Part shown: piece by piece, positions 1-38,517 of the stretch
How the letters are laid out: each line of letters begins with the position of its first letter
Position numbering within the stretch: position 1 is the stretch's first letter
Assembly (NCBI RefSeq): GCF_021028975.2
Contig: NC_059437.1
Location: forward strand, 32,240,001-32,304,000
Length of the DNA: 64,000 nt
Source of the DNA: Sphaerodactylus townsendi
Lineage: Eukaryota
Reading direction: 5' to 3'
Translations under genes and position numbers: made by a program
Notes under the pieces: model-generated
Seen by the model: the letters and a program-made list of their open reading frames with translations, nothing else
What the model was told of the DNA's origin: nothing
The model's database searches: none

Positions 1-258
1 TGCAGAAATCTTGGAATAGGAAATGTAGCATTGAGAATGAAGTCTTTCGCACCATCTTTTTAAATCGAGAGGAAGTTGTGGTGTTGTACTAGAATTGCTC
101 TCACATAAGTTTTTACCATCAAACTATTTAATAAAATGCTAGAAATTGGGGACTTTATGGAGCCAATGCAGAAATGACTTGCTACAACAAGAAGAGCTCT
201 ATTTTCCTTTCTTTTTATAAACAATGAAAATACGATAATGGAATAGAAGGCTGTAGGG

Positions 259-396
259 CAGGGGTGTCCAACTCTGGCACCCCTGATGTTCATAGACTAT
301 GATTCCCATCAGCCCCTGCCAGTATGACCATGCTGGCAGGGGCTGATGGGAATTGTAGACCGTGAACATCTGGGGTGCCAGAGTTGGACACCCCTG
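259..396. mobile_element. Palindromic hAT-type MITE
   Basis: Near-perfect fold-back CAGGGGTGTCCAACTCTGGCACCCC...GGGGTGCCAGAGTTGGACACCCCTG; TSD CTGTAGGG/CTGTAGAG. Confidence 0.8.
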
Positions 397-1163
397 CTGT
401 AGAGCATTTGGGTGGCCAAACAACCATTTAAATGAAAATCTGTGCCTGGGCTGACCTGAAGAATTTGCCAAACCTCCTTATATTCTGGTGACACCAGCTG
501 TTTGATTTCTATCTGGTTTTCAGTGTAGCATAAAAATATGCACAATACAAATATGGAGGATGGTGCCTCTGATGTAGAGAAATGGGAGAAAGGCGCCTCA
601 TGGAACGGATTGCAAACATGTCCTGAGTCAATTATGGATAAAATATTTTTTTTAATATGTTGGGAGTAAATGTGGTGTGATTGGGAGCGGCTGGAGTTAC
701 ATACTCACCAAGAAAACATAGAAAGTACAGGGTTGTGTTTTTCATTTACTGGATCAGCTAGTGTTCTTTTGTGGATTTAATGGAATATCAGTATGAACTC
801 CAGTTTCTCTGAGAAGCTGGCTTGTGTTATATTCCAAGGAGCTGACAGTGTACCTACAGAGATGGCAATGGGGCTGGGGAAAAGGCAGCTTATTCACAAT
901 ATCGTAGGAGACCCTGTTTCTTAAACCATGACTTGCTTTTGGGCTAGTCTTGAAGGTGTGAAACCCTGGAATTCTTATGGAGGAGTATAGAAAGGCATTT
1001 GAATGGCAGAGGAAGAATCAGTGTTGTACAGTCCAGGAAGTTGCAGCAAGTGCCACGAATCCATTGTGGATTTCTTCATTGTGGCCTGCCTGCCTGAGAG
1101 ATCCTTTGCCTCATAAGTACTTGTGCCTTCCTCAATGGTATTGTCTCTGTGTTCCTCACTCAG

Positions 1164-4498
<3,335 letters not shown>

Positions 4499-5819
4499 GC
4501 TCATCAGTGAATGGAAATAAAGTCTGCAGCCCATCTAAGGGTTAAATTTTTCTATTCAGGACAAACAGTGCTGCTAATCAGAGACTTCTTGTTCATTCTT
4601 CATTTTTATTGTGTTCATGTGTATTGCAAGTGAATGTAAAGTGAATGAGATGACTTGACATGGAGGGCATCTTGCTGAAGGTATAATTTCACCACTAAAT
4701 GCAACATCGATGTATGAGTGATGTAGCTTTTTGTTCTTATCAGCTAAAAATGATGCAACCATGATCAGCTCTCAACAGCTGTTTTGTATAGTGATACTAA
4801 TACTACTTGCCTATGAAGTTTTTTTGCTTCCCATTGTGACTTATGGGCTTTTGTTTACATCTGTTGAAGCACTTGACCCAAATGTGATTAAACTTGTTTT
4901 TACATAGCCAATGTGGTTGTTTTTGCTTGCTTCCTACTGTCCTTCCTTCTATGGAACCAGTGGCAAAGAATCTTTTACCCTGTTTTGTATTTGATCTTAG
5001 TATTATGTGGCTTTTGATTTTGGATCCAGCCTGCTGTTACCAGTCAGGGAAGATGTGTGGTTTGGCTGGATTATTTGGCAGTCTATTTTAGAAGTGAATT
5101 AGGGCCCTCAGCCTTCTTGGGGGCTCCTTTTACCTAGACATCTGTTTTGAGTTTCTTCACATACTATTATACAAACTGCAGGCTCTGCAGTGCAATCTTA
5201 TGTACATAAACTTAGAAAAAAATATTTGTTAATAAGTATGTTTAGCTCTGACTGGATAATCTAATCTCAGAGCTGACCCTGCAAGTATTTGGATGAGGAA
5301 GCTCTAAGGACTACCAGGATAATGACACAGAGGGAGGCAATGACAAACCACCCCAAAGGTCTTTTACCTTGAAAATCCCAGCAGGCAAAAAAATAAAAGT
5401 ATATTCAGATTTGCTGTCTGAAATATCTTTCCTACATGACTCGGCTAATGGTAGGCTGAGTTGTTATAGTAGATGTCTGACAGCACAAATTTTGTGTCTG
5501 ACAGTACCTCAAAGATGAACAAATTTTTCCATAGTATAAGCTTTTGTCAATGCAACATCTTTTGGAAGACAGAGATCTATACAAGTGAACTGCTTCGCAA
5601 AAGTTTTATAATGTGTAATATTTTGTATGCAGAAGGTGCTACTGAACCCGAATTTAATTCTTCTACAACATACTAACATGACTATCGACTTAGATTCATA
5701 ACCTGGCTCACTTTTGGGGTTTTCTTATCGCAGAGGGGTGGCGCTTAAAGTTCCTTCCAGAGCCTAACAATTGTTACGCTGAGAGCTGTTTTAATATTTT
5801 GTTTTCCCATTGCCTCTTA

Positions 5820-5937
5820 GCTCATTCCGCACAGCATATTTATAACGAGTACCAATCGTTATAATTCGTTTAAATGGAAAACGAATTCATTTATATCGAT
5901 TGCAACTCGTTATTAAATCTGCTGTGCGGAATCCACC
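5820..5937. mobile_element. Palindromic MITE-like element just upstream of the OGT promoter
   Basis: ATTCCGCACAGCA...TGCTGTGCGGAAT arms with continued internal symmetry (ATAACGAGT/ACTCGTTAT, CAATCG/CGATTG, TTCGTTT/AAACGAA). Confidence 0.6.
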
Positions 5938-5989
5938 TGACTCAGGCCTCTGAAGAGGTTTCGCAACTTCCTCAGTAGACGGGTAGAAA

Positions 5990-6454
5990 TTCAACCGGGG
6001 GAAGGGCTTCCCTTGGGCCCTGCCGCAGTCGAATTCCCGCCCTTTTCTTTCCCATCGGCTTCCGCGTATCTGCCCCGCGGTGACCCCCCCCCGATGTAGC
6101 TCGGAGTGCGCATGTGCGCTGCGCTAATGTGTCGCAGAACCGATTTGGCGGAAGAACTCCAGGACAGCCAATCTTGTTGCGTCATTCTTGTCCGGAAAGG
6201 ACTCTTGGTAGAGCCAGTGCAAAAATAACGAAACAATTGTATAAGGCAAATCCGACAGGCAAACCTTGGTGTGCTTCCGCGGCGGCTTTCTTATAGTCCG
6301 GCCGTCATTCATCTCCATCTCAGGGACTAGTTCGTGTGCAGAAAGAAGATCCGGCCGCACTCCGCCCAGCCTCACCGTTCTCACCGCAGCCGCCATTTCA
6401 GGAGGTGCCGCCTGACGGCTGAGAGAACCCGAGGGGCGCTGGCAAGGTGGAACT
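5990..6454 (+). promoter_or_regulatory. OGT CpG-island promoter / 5' UTR
   Basis: CpG-rich segment before the OGT ATG; NRF1-like TGCGCATGTGCG 6107-6118, E2F-like TTTGGCGG 6144-6151, CCAAT and TGCGTCA near 6168-6184, YY1-like CGCCATTT 6391-6398. Confidence 0.7.
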
Positions 6455-28763
<22,309 letters not shown>

Positions 28764-31249
28764 AGGACTTTAGGCCTGAAGAAGACCCTTCAGGAAATGT
28801 CTCTGATTCCTGAGAAATGTCTCCTGATCCCTGAGCAAAGGCAGTGGAGAGCTAAGGACTCCATATCTGCTTAATCTGCTTGCTACTCTTAACAGATGTG
28901 ATCTATGGTAGTAATCAAAGAGCACAGCCGGACTCGTCTCCTGCATGACAGGGGAGATGAGGAATTTTGCATCCTGTGAGAAGTTTGCAGTTGAGCTGTG
29001 TGACCTTGCTAGGTGCCTGCAGGGAAAGGTGTGAAATTCCCAGGCAATTGTGATTTCATGGGTTCAGTTTTCCTGTGAATTAGATTTTTCTCTTTCTGCA
29101 TTGATTTGGAATTGGAGCATTTTAATATTTGGTTTTCAGGTATTCCTGTTGGTATGTATGTGGGATTTCCCTGGCAAGATTTCCGGCTAGTGTGTGTTTT
29201 CCTTCCCAGAGATATTTTTCTGAGCTTTACTGAAAGGGGGGGGTGGGGTGGTCTGCTGGTGAAGCTTTTTTATAGGTTTTATAAACCACTTAAGCATTAT
29301 CAGCTTTATTACTGTTTGATTTCTCTTTTGATGACTTTTCTGTGCCATCTTGAATTGGGTGAGGATTTTTAAAGCTTCATCTGTGTAAATTAAATTCAAG
29401 ATGGCATCTTTTCTCTGCACAAAAAGTAAATTCAGTTTAATGCTTTTTCTCCTGCCCCCACTTCTCCCCCCCCCCCCAACACACATGGAGGGAACACAAC
29501 TTGGTGCCAAATGCATATTCTTCATGAATGATAACAGCTGCAGAGGTGCAGGCCTAGCCACTGTAGCAGATACTTCATAAAAATAAATGCGTTTGTCCAG
29601 TTTTGGCCCATCAGACATGTTTCACTGTTCCTCCTTTACAAAACAATGATGTATTTGGCCATTGGCCTCTTGACGTGGTCCTTTTTAACTCTTCAGCACA
29701 AATGCAATCCCAGGTAAGTATGGATTTTCTTTGCAGGGTTTGCTTCCAGTTGAAACTGCTTTTACGATGGTATCTCTTGGCAGAACTCCAGGAACTTTTT
29801 TGGTTTGGTGATTTGAGAGTGCAAGACGTTTGATTTACATATTGAATGAACAAGAAGGAATCGCTGTAAATCTCTTCACCTGCTTTGACTACAGGTTCTA
29901 AATAAAGCAGTGTCACTGGTCATGCTTTACACGGGTACTTGGAATTAGATACTAGACAGCAGTCCCCTGCAAATGCTGGCCCAACACACCCTTCATTAGA
30001 TTCAGGTATTTTACCCTGAGATAGGCTTGACTGGAGTGCCAGTGGTCATTGTTTTAGTAGCAGTTAAATTGAGCGAGACACTTGAGGCCCTGTGCTCAAT
30101 TTCTTCTCTGCAGCAGCAACATGTTACTTACCAAGGCACTTCAATAGTTACGGCAGGTGGGGAATCCTAACTCTGGCCCCTTATTGAGAGGACTCTCTAG
30201 GAGTCCATGCTGCTGCTTGGGTATTCATACACCTGGATTAAATTTGGAGTAGACATTAATGTAGAAACTGTGTGTCCTCAGCAAATTAACCACTGTGTGT
30301 AGTTTTAAGATGAGAGTGAAGAAGGGAATTTCCCCCCTTTGAGAGTGCAGCTGTTTTACTTCTGCTTGCTCACTGTATCAGCTCTTGTTTCCAGATAACT
30401 GTATGACAAATACAAATGAAAATCACTGGCTTCTGCTGTGTTGTCGTCATTGGGGTGGTGGGTGTCTGAAGGCTACTTTTCTTGGTAATGATGCTAATTC
30501 AAAACAGAAACCTACTGGGTTAACACTCAATCAGAATAGTACGGCGGAAATCTATGGGGGCCCAAGGACAGAAAGGTTCCTGTGCGCATGTTAACCCTTT
30601 TCAGAATGTGCTGTAGCTGCCATCAAATGTCAGGGTGTGTGTCATGAAATGGCAGCCATTGGCTTCACCTGAGGACCAGACTAGTGTGATACTGACGGTG
30701 TACTAGTAACTACCCAGCCCACAAATAGTCATTAAGATGGTTGTGTAATTATGTGAATCTGCTGAAGTAAATTGGGAGTTTATCTGCTGAAGTAAATTAT
30801 TGGCATGTACTACTCTTTGAAACAAGTGTCTTAGAAGGAGGAATCTAATTGAAGGCAGAAGTTAAAAGTCCATATTCCTAACGGCTTCTCATGCAAGAGA
30901 GAGATGGTATTTTCAATGTGGTAAACGGTGGGAGCCTTTCCCTGGTGGGGATGGGGAAGCCCCCCCCCCCCCCCCCCGCTTCTCTCCCTCTGGCTCTCAG
31001 TATTTCATTTTTGACCGCTTCCTATTTGCGATCGTTGCCAAACCCAGCTGGAATCCTCTCTGGGACCAATTAAAGGGAAGATGTTGAAAGGCGAGCAAGT
31101 CTACACTACATACAGCCCCTCCTTTCCGCTACGCCACGACAAAAGCTCTTAATTAAATTCATGGGATGAAATTCTGCACGAGGCCCCTGCGTTGCATGGG
31201 GCTGCTCCCAAGGCTTTGTCCCGCAAGGAAAAGTGAAAGCCCGTTTCTA

Positions 31250-31720
31250 GCTTAAGAGTTGTAAATATTCGAGTCCTGCCTCAAGGCTTGGGGGCCAGGG
31301 CAGTCATAGTTCGCAAACCTATGGAAACACGCGGGGTCCTGTTCAACCATTTGCTCGTGCAGACAGCCCGCTTTAAGGAAAAAGTTCTCCCCGCCCACCC
31401 AGATGTCATAGTAACGACGGAACCAATGCCCTGCAAATGAACTGTTGTAGGTTCCATCCCGTTTTCAATCACGCGTCTCGTGCGCCATTTCAGACGTTAC
31501 CGGCCAGGCGGGGGTGGGGGTGGAAAGGAAGGAAAAGCAAGCAAGAGAACAGGCGCGGCTTCATTGGGATTCAGTACTTTATCCACTTTACCTGCCCGGG
31601 AACGACGTCATTTTGGAGGCGTGGCCGCTAGCGAGCTCCACTCCGGTCAGACGAAGGTGCGTAGATGAGTCTGAGGCGGGGGGGCGGAGCTCGGTGGTGT
31701 GGGCGTGGCCGTTGCGTTGG
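31250..31720 (+). promoter_or_regulatory. CpG-rich promoter of the centrin gene with X-box-like motif
   Basis: CpG-rich; GATGTCATAGTAAC 31402-31415 resembles an RFX X-box (intact RGYAAC half), CCAAT at about 31423, GACGTCA at about 31604, GC boxes, donor-like AAG|GTGCGT at about 31656. Confidence 0.55.
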
Positions 31721-33061
31721 AGCCGCTCTTTGGGGTTGCCAAAATTACCTTTAGATATTCCTGGAGATTTGGGGATGCCGGTGTCAGTGGAGGGCGGAGT
31801 TTGGAGAGGGGAGGCTGTTGGGGTGTGAGTAATGATGCTGTAATATGCTATCATGGCCAACAACCAAAGCTGCCATTTTTTTCCAATGGGACTGTTCTCT
31901 GTTGTTGAAGATCATTTTAATCCCAGGAGATCTCTAGACCCGATTAGAACAAAGATACCAGTTCTGCAGAGCACATTTTACCAAGGTTAAGTTTATTGGA
32001 GGAAGCTATAAACACCCTTGGGTGGAACTGCTTGTCTTCACATTGCAAGTGCTGGGTGTATTGGGTGTTGAAATAAACTCAGCCTTTTGCAACGCTGACA
32101 AGATTAACAAGCTGTTTATTTATAAAGGACTGTTTGAGCAAAAAGATGCCCTGGTGCAGTATACAACCCGATTCTAAAGTGTATTAATAAACAAATTTTA
32201 ATGAAATGCAAACCAGTTTTCTGGCATATAGTGGACATGATAAAATGTACCCAGGGGTTGCATTCCACTGGGTGTCAAAATGCTTGTTTGGTGACTGTCG
32301 TTGGGATGGGACAGCCTTTTAAAAGACTGTTTTTACAGTGCTGGATTTTGTCTAATGAGTAGTTGAGAAGTGGAGCATATTCTTCCCCTGAAGGGGAAAC
32401 CTATTGGGTAGAAACCTATTGGGTAGAAACCTATTGAGATCTTCAGGGAAAGAATATGCTCCACTTCTCAACTACTCAGACAAAATTTGGGCTTTAGACA
32501 AAATTCCAGGCTTTTGGCACAACCCGGAAAACCCACCAGAACCTGCTCTGTGTTTTTTTTTTTTGCAATGATTTAGAAAATGGACAAATGTAGATAAGGT
32601 GAGTTTGCTTGACTATGCGCAGTAAACTGTTAGGGAGTATTTTCCCTCTGGACCTCTCTACTAGACAGAAAAATCTGGAGTCACCAAGAGTCACATATGA
32701 AAATGCCTTGTACTAAAACAGATAATTGATTCATCATGGTCAGTATTGTTTGCTCAGTCTGGCAGCAGCTATTCAGGGACTTGGGCAGAGGTCTTTTACC
32801 TCATCTACTTTTAACCGAAGGTGCTGGGGATTGAATCTGGGATCTTCTGCATGTCAGGCAGATGCTCTGTCACTAAGCAACCTTTCTTTTGTTTTAGTAG
32901 CCTCTGGTCTGATCTGTTGGGAGCAAATGTGACTATCAACAACCAAGTTGGCCCAAAGTGTGAGATGAATAGCAGCATTGTTCAGGATAGGACGGTTGCC
33001 TCTCCCAACTGGAGGACGGCATCTCAGTGGTGTCTTTTGTTTTGGTATTGACCTTTTCCAG

Positions 33062-33450
33062 GCTTCTAAGGCCCTGAAATCCTTGGTAGAGGAGATGGCG
33101 CAGAAACGAAGGACTGGCCCCAAGCTTGAACTCACTGCAGACCAAAAGCAGCAAATGCGAGATGCTTTTGACCTGCTGGATTCTGATGGCACAGGAACCA
33201 TTGATGTAAAAGACCTGAAGGCAAGTTCCTTGGTTTTATTTGTCCCCCATGTGCTGAAAACTCCAAGTGAAATCCTTTATTTCAGTAGTTACAGAGGGAT
33301 AGTCAGAACCACCTTAGCATGTTGCAGTTTAACTGAACAGGAATCTTGTTCTAAGACTAATAAGATTTTATTTCAGCATAAACTTTTGTGTGCTAGAGTC
33401 TATTTTGGGAGATGCATGTAATATAACGGTTCTTACTAAGTAGATGTTTA

Positions 33451-33511
<61 letters not shown>

Positions 33512-36500
33512 TGGGTTTATAGACCGCCCTCCCCCGGAGGGCTCAGGGCGGTGTACAGTACAGATAGAGCACAATCAATTTAAAATACAATAAATAAGAA
33601 TTAAGATGGCTCTAATAAAAATAAACCCTACCCCATTAAAATGCAGCTTATAAAATTAATATTAATGTTAGCTCAAGATGGCGCCTGCTATCAATTCCCT
33701 CTCAGACATACATCAGAAAAGAAGGGCGGTAGGGGCCACATGATGTTACAGCAGCAAACAAAGGGAGGAAGGGGCCCCTATCAATGGCTAGTCTCCCCAA
33801 AGGCCCGGTGGAACAGTTCGGTCTTGCGTATATATGAGGTTTTAGTATATGAGGTTATGAAGAAAAAAATATAAATGGCCAGTCAAAGGCCAGAAGGTAC
33901 AAGGTGAGATGTAACCAGGTAACATTCAAATGTGATTGAGAGAAATACATTCTCATTCTGAATTTTATGGTCAAACATCAATGAAGGGCGCTACCTCTAT
34001 AGAAAGGCTCTTCTGCTGTGGTTATCCGAGTCGAACAAAACAAAGAAAACTATAAAAATACTAAAGGAAAAAGTTAAAAAACAGCAGCTGTGTTTTTTTT
34101 TCTGGCAGGATTGCCTGAAAATGTGAATATTTGAGGGAAGTTTCATCCTGAACTACCTGACCATATATACCCCCCTCAGCCCTGAGTATTTCTATTATGC
34201 TTAAGTGCCATTGAACACGAAGTCCCTTTTGAGTTGATTTAGAATCTTTCTGACATACGTAGCAGTTAAATGGGACACTTCCACATTACTGTCTGGTGTT
34301 TTAATGGTATGTGGAGTTGCAGTACTTTACTGTTCTGGAAAAAGAGACAGCAAATTAAATATAGCACTGTATTAACTACAACTAGTTTGCACAAAACACT
34401 TGGGGTGCCTTGAATAGAAGTTTGAGTTGTATCCATCTCCCTCATTTTCTTGAAATAGGAGGTACGTGGATGAAGGTCTTATTGGATCAGGCTTGGTGGG
34501 AAGAGTTAAGTCACCCCCCCCCACACACACACACTGTTTTCCAGAAACATCCCTGGGGACCTGCTGTTTGCCCCATTACAGCAAAAAATACTTGTACTCC
34601 TGTTAGTGACTAGTACTCCTATTAGTGTCTTTCCTTTGTCTGTTGATCCTTTTCTTGTAATGTGTGCAGGTGTCCATACGAGCACTAGGGTTTGAACCCA
34701 CAAAAGAAGAGCTCAAGAGAATAGTAGTCGAAGTGGATAAAGAAGGAACTGGGCAAATTGGCTTTGATGCCTTTTATTCTGTGATGACTCAGAAAATGGT
34801 ATATCTGTAAATTCAACACTTGTCTATAGTTAGAAATTTTCTTCTTTAAGAGTCTTGTGGTAACACGGGGACTGTTGGACATACTGTGGCTGATAGCTTA
34901 ATGGCTTAGCAATGCCCCCTTTGCTGATGGGTGCATACATTGGGGGGGGGGGGGATCAGAGCAAGGATGAAGCAAAGGCTTTCATGGCCAGAATCACTGG
35001 GGGTTGTGGGTTTTCCAGGCTGCATGGCCATGTTCTTGTAGCATTTTTCTCCTGATGTTTCGTCTGCAACTGTGGCTGGCATCTTCAGAGGATCTGATGG
35101 TAGTAAATGGTTCTTTCTCCCACCCTGGACATTCCACAGGTATATATACTCCACTTGCTTTACTACCATCAGATCCACTGTGTAGCAAAGCCTTTCAATG
35201 TAAAGGAAACAGCAGCAGCTGAGCACCAGTAATTCTTGTGTTTAGTCTTTGAGCTTGAGAGGTGCAGAAAGATCATAGAATTTGGAGATTTTGGTGTGAG
35301 TCTTTGTCCTCCATTTCTATCTTCAGTCACAGATTGATCCCAAAGAAGAAATCCTAAAAGCCTTCAAGCTATTTGAGGACAGTGAGAGTGGCAAAATCTC
35401 TTTCAAGAACCTCAAGCAGATTGCCAGTGAGATAGGAGAAAAACTGACAGACGAAGAGTTGCAGGTGAGTGTGGCGGTGCTGTCTTGCTTTGATGGCTGG
35501 AAACTGGCTTTTATCCTTCAGGCATGAGAGCTGCAGTTCCGTCTCTAATTAAATAGAGGGAAGGGCTCTTCCTGTGTCATCTCCCCACCTCACTCTTCAC
35601 ATTTTCTTGGTGCAAAGTGTGTTTGTGTCTGTGTGTGCATGAGTAGCATGGAACCACTTGGCCATGTGTCTTCTTCCCCAAAAGGGTTGAATTAGCTGAT
35701 TGCTGTGTTTGTCAAAGGGGGAAGAGCAAGATGAGGAAAGGGGTCCTTCTCTTGCCTGATGGAGGAACCCCAGAATTCTTCACACAGTGGGAAGGCTTAG
35801 GCTGTTTGCCAAGCAGTAAACCTTGTCCAGGGTCACCAGCTTGTTCTATAAGAGGAGCTATTTCTGAGTATTGAAAACCATCCTATTAGTCCCACCTCTA
35901 CCCAGCAGGTTACCAAGTTTTGTTCTGTCCAAGAGACAGAATGTGGATTAGGAAGAACTCCAGAAACGAAGCCATCAGCTAAGCAGCACAGAAGAAAATC
36001 CCGTGAAATGAAAGTTTATTTTCCCAGGCCTTTTAGGGGATGTACAAGCGGTTCTGCAGCAACTGGTGAAACTACCTGTAGATCATGAGCTACCCGTTGG
36101 ACCCTGTTGTTCTGCATTTGTATGAAAGTGGGTTTATTGTTTCAGAAGGCCAGTCTGTGCGGTTAACTTCTGAATGGCTTGAGGAACTGAGGATGGCTTT
36201 GAGCACTCCTCTAAAGTACATAAACCTATCAGGAATCACGTGGGAAGGGGAGGAAAGAGTGTCTCCTTCAGCCCTCTTGTTGACCAGCTGCAGGAGCACT
36301 GCTGCTTTTTTTGGCTGTCAGGGGTGGGGTGGGGAGAATGTGGGATATCTGCAGTATTCTATAAGGGGCNNNNNNNNNNNNNNNNNNNNNNNNNNNNNNN
36401 NNNNNNNNNNNNNNNNNNNNNNNNNNNNNNNNNNNNNNNNNNNNNNNNNNNNNNNNNNNNNNNNNNNNNNNNNNNNNNNNNNNNNNNNNNNNNNNNNNNN

Positions 36501-36798
36501 NNNNNNNNNNNNNNNNNNNNNNNNNNNNNNNNNNNNNNNNNNNNNNNNNNNNNNNNNNNNNNNNNNNNNNNNCCAATCAATTGATCAGTCGATCAATCAA
36601 ATCTAATCTGTCTATCCCTGTCTGTATATAAACTTATATACGCACACACCCCTGCTACTGTTATGCTCTCTGTGAGCAATGCTGCAGTCTGACTCCTTTT
36701 CTGCCCTGCAGGAAATGATTGATGAAGCTGATGTGGACGGAGATGGGGTGGTGAATGAGCAGGAGTTTCTGAAGATACTGAAGAAAGTTGGCAGTTAA
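33062..36798 (+). CDS. Divergent centrin/caltractin paralogue (CETN2-like exon structure): 33062-33220, 34670-34798, 35327-35464, 36712-36798; start probably ATG at 33095 or in an unseen upstream exon
   Basis: ...[32 protein letters not shown] / [32 protein letters not shown]...MTQKM / [16 protein letters not shown]...[25 protein letters not shown] / [28 protein letters not shown]; four EF-hand positions; all introns phase 0; first donor is AAG|GCAAGT. Confidence 0.9.
33449..33508. repeat. (TTA)n microsatellite, tail of a minus-strand LINE fragment extending to about 33826
   Basis: About 20 TTA units followed by GGGTTTATAGACCGCCCTCCCCCGGAGGGCTCAGGGCGG. Confidence 0.85.
36370..36572. other. 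Assembly gap
   Basis: Run of N. Confidence 1.
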
Positions 36799-38039
36799 CA
36801 TGGACTCCTCCCCCCCTCTCACTTGAATATGGCTCTTTCCCTCCAGCCTTCCTGATTCTTCAAGGACCCATGGAGACAATAGTGGTCTCTATTTAGGATC
36901 CACAGATGCGTTGACAGTCAGGGTGGTGGTGGTGGAGAGTGAACAGTGGGAGGAAGAGAAGGGTGTAGCTTTTAGCTTTTTAGCTCCTAATAGGCACTCA
37001 ATTCATATTAAACGCTTTGTGCCATTTCAGAGCTGTTTCATTGTGGATAGTTTGGTGTATGGAAAAGACTATGCTGGGGATCATACAACCCGCACAGACA
37101 AAAGCTGCGTGAGATAGGGGTGATGGGATAGAGGAGAATTGAGAAAGTCTGAACAAAAAATCTGGCCCGATGCAAACCATCATCTTTGCTTTGCTTGCTC
37201 TTTATGGAACAGGGGGACAGAGCTGCTTGAAAAAGTTTCCATCTCTCCTGAAAGCAAAATGAGCCTGTTGTTTGCTTTCATTCTCTTGCTTCACTTGCAT
37301 GCGGATCCCAGACAGTTGGCCATTATTTTAAATCAAACATCACAGGGGCATTCTGTGCTGTCGGCCCAAGAGTTCTCCCGGCAACCAATTGTCAACCTTA
37401 TCTGTGCATCATTATTGATTGTGTGGGGAGAGTTCTGCTTTCTTTAAACATCCCTTGTTGATCCAGAGGCTTGGTGCCCTCACTCACTGTTGTGGTCCTC
37501 CAAACCTTTTAAACACCCTCACCTCCCCCCTGCACAAAATAAGCAGAAGACTGGCATGGTTCCAGATTTATTTGAGGGGTGTTTGTGGGGAGGGAGGAAC
37601 ACACCAACATGCCTTCCACATGGTGATAGCCAGCTGTTAACCATCATCCAGTTCTCTTTACATATAGCCATCATGTTGACATCTATCTTCTCTGTCCCAA
37701 CGGGTTCTTCACAGTCTGTGAATCATCAGTCAGAAATGGATTGGAGGAGAGGGGACAAGTGGTGCTTCAAAGAAGAATAGCCTCTTTTGCACCTCCTCCT
37801 CAAATAGGGCCCAATTTGAAGGTAGGGCTGCTGTTTGCAAGCCTGAAGCTGGCTTGGGAAGGGAAGAGTGAAGAAGAGGGAGTGGTTGAGGACCTAAGGA
37901 TGGTATCCATGTGGAAGGGCTAAAGATGTCCCTTTAACCCAAATTATTCCCACTGACCTCCCCATGAAGTGGTCAGAGGTTTTGACTAGCAGGGGTGAAG
38001 TGAGATGGCCTGTTTCCAGCATCCCACATACACTCTGCT

Positions 38040-38436
38040 TCAAGCAAGCTTTAGCACTTCTTTGACCATCTTTCCAACGCCGTCGTAGATGGTGTGGATA
38101 GGTGCATTGCACATGAAAGCACTCGTGGTCACCAGTTTGTTCTTTACGTCCACGTGGACCTCGTCAACATTTTTGTTCACGTGTTTGCAGCCCAGCTCCT
38201 TCAGGCCTTCAGCAGTCTTGGCATAAGGCCACCTGTGGAGGCAGAAGTGAGAAGGCAGTGAGTGTTTTCAGGGTCAGGCTCTCTTACGGAAAATTTGGAC
38301 AGGGCTGAGGGAAGGGGGTGATTTTTCCTCTAGGGTTTTCAGGACACTGTGTAGGCTAGACTTGTATCTGGGGAAAAAAACTATGCTGCTGAGATGAATG
38401 TGGATGGAACCAGTTCTGGCAAAGAACTTGATGGCC

Positions 38437-38517
<81 letters not shown>

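Noticed and set aside
259-396. pre-miRNA-like hairpins here and at 23068 and 49423
   Set aside because: 8-bp TSDs and multiple copies identify them as MITEs.
32736-32744. ATG|GTCAGT as the centrin ATG-only first exon
   Set aside because: Lies inside a minus-strand SINE copy with no promoter or clear acceptor; cannot be supported without transcript data.
36085-36606. ORFs spanning N runs (also 16178-16630)
   Set aside because: Artefacts of assembly gaps.
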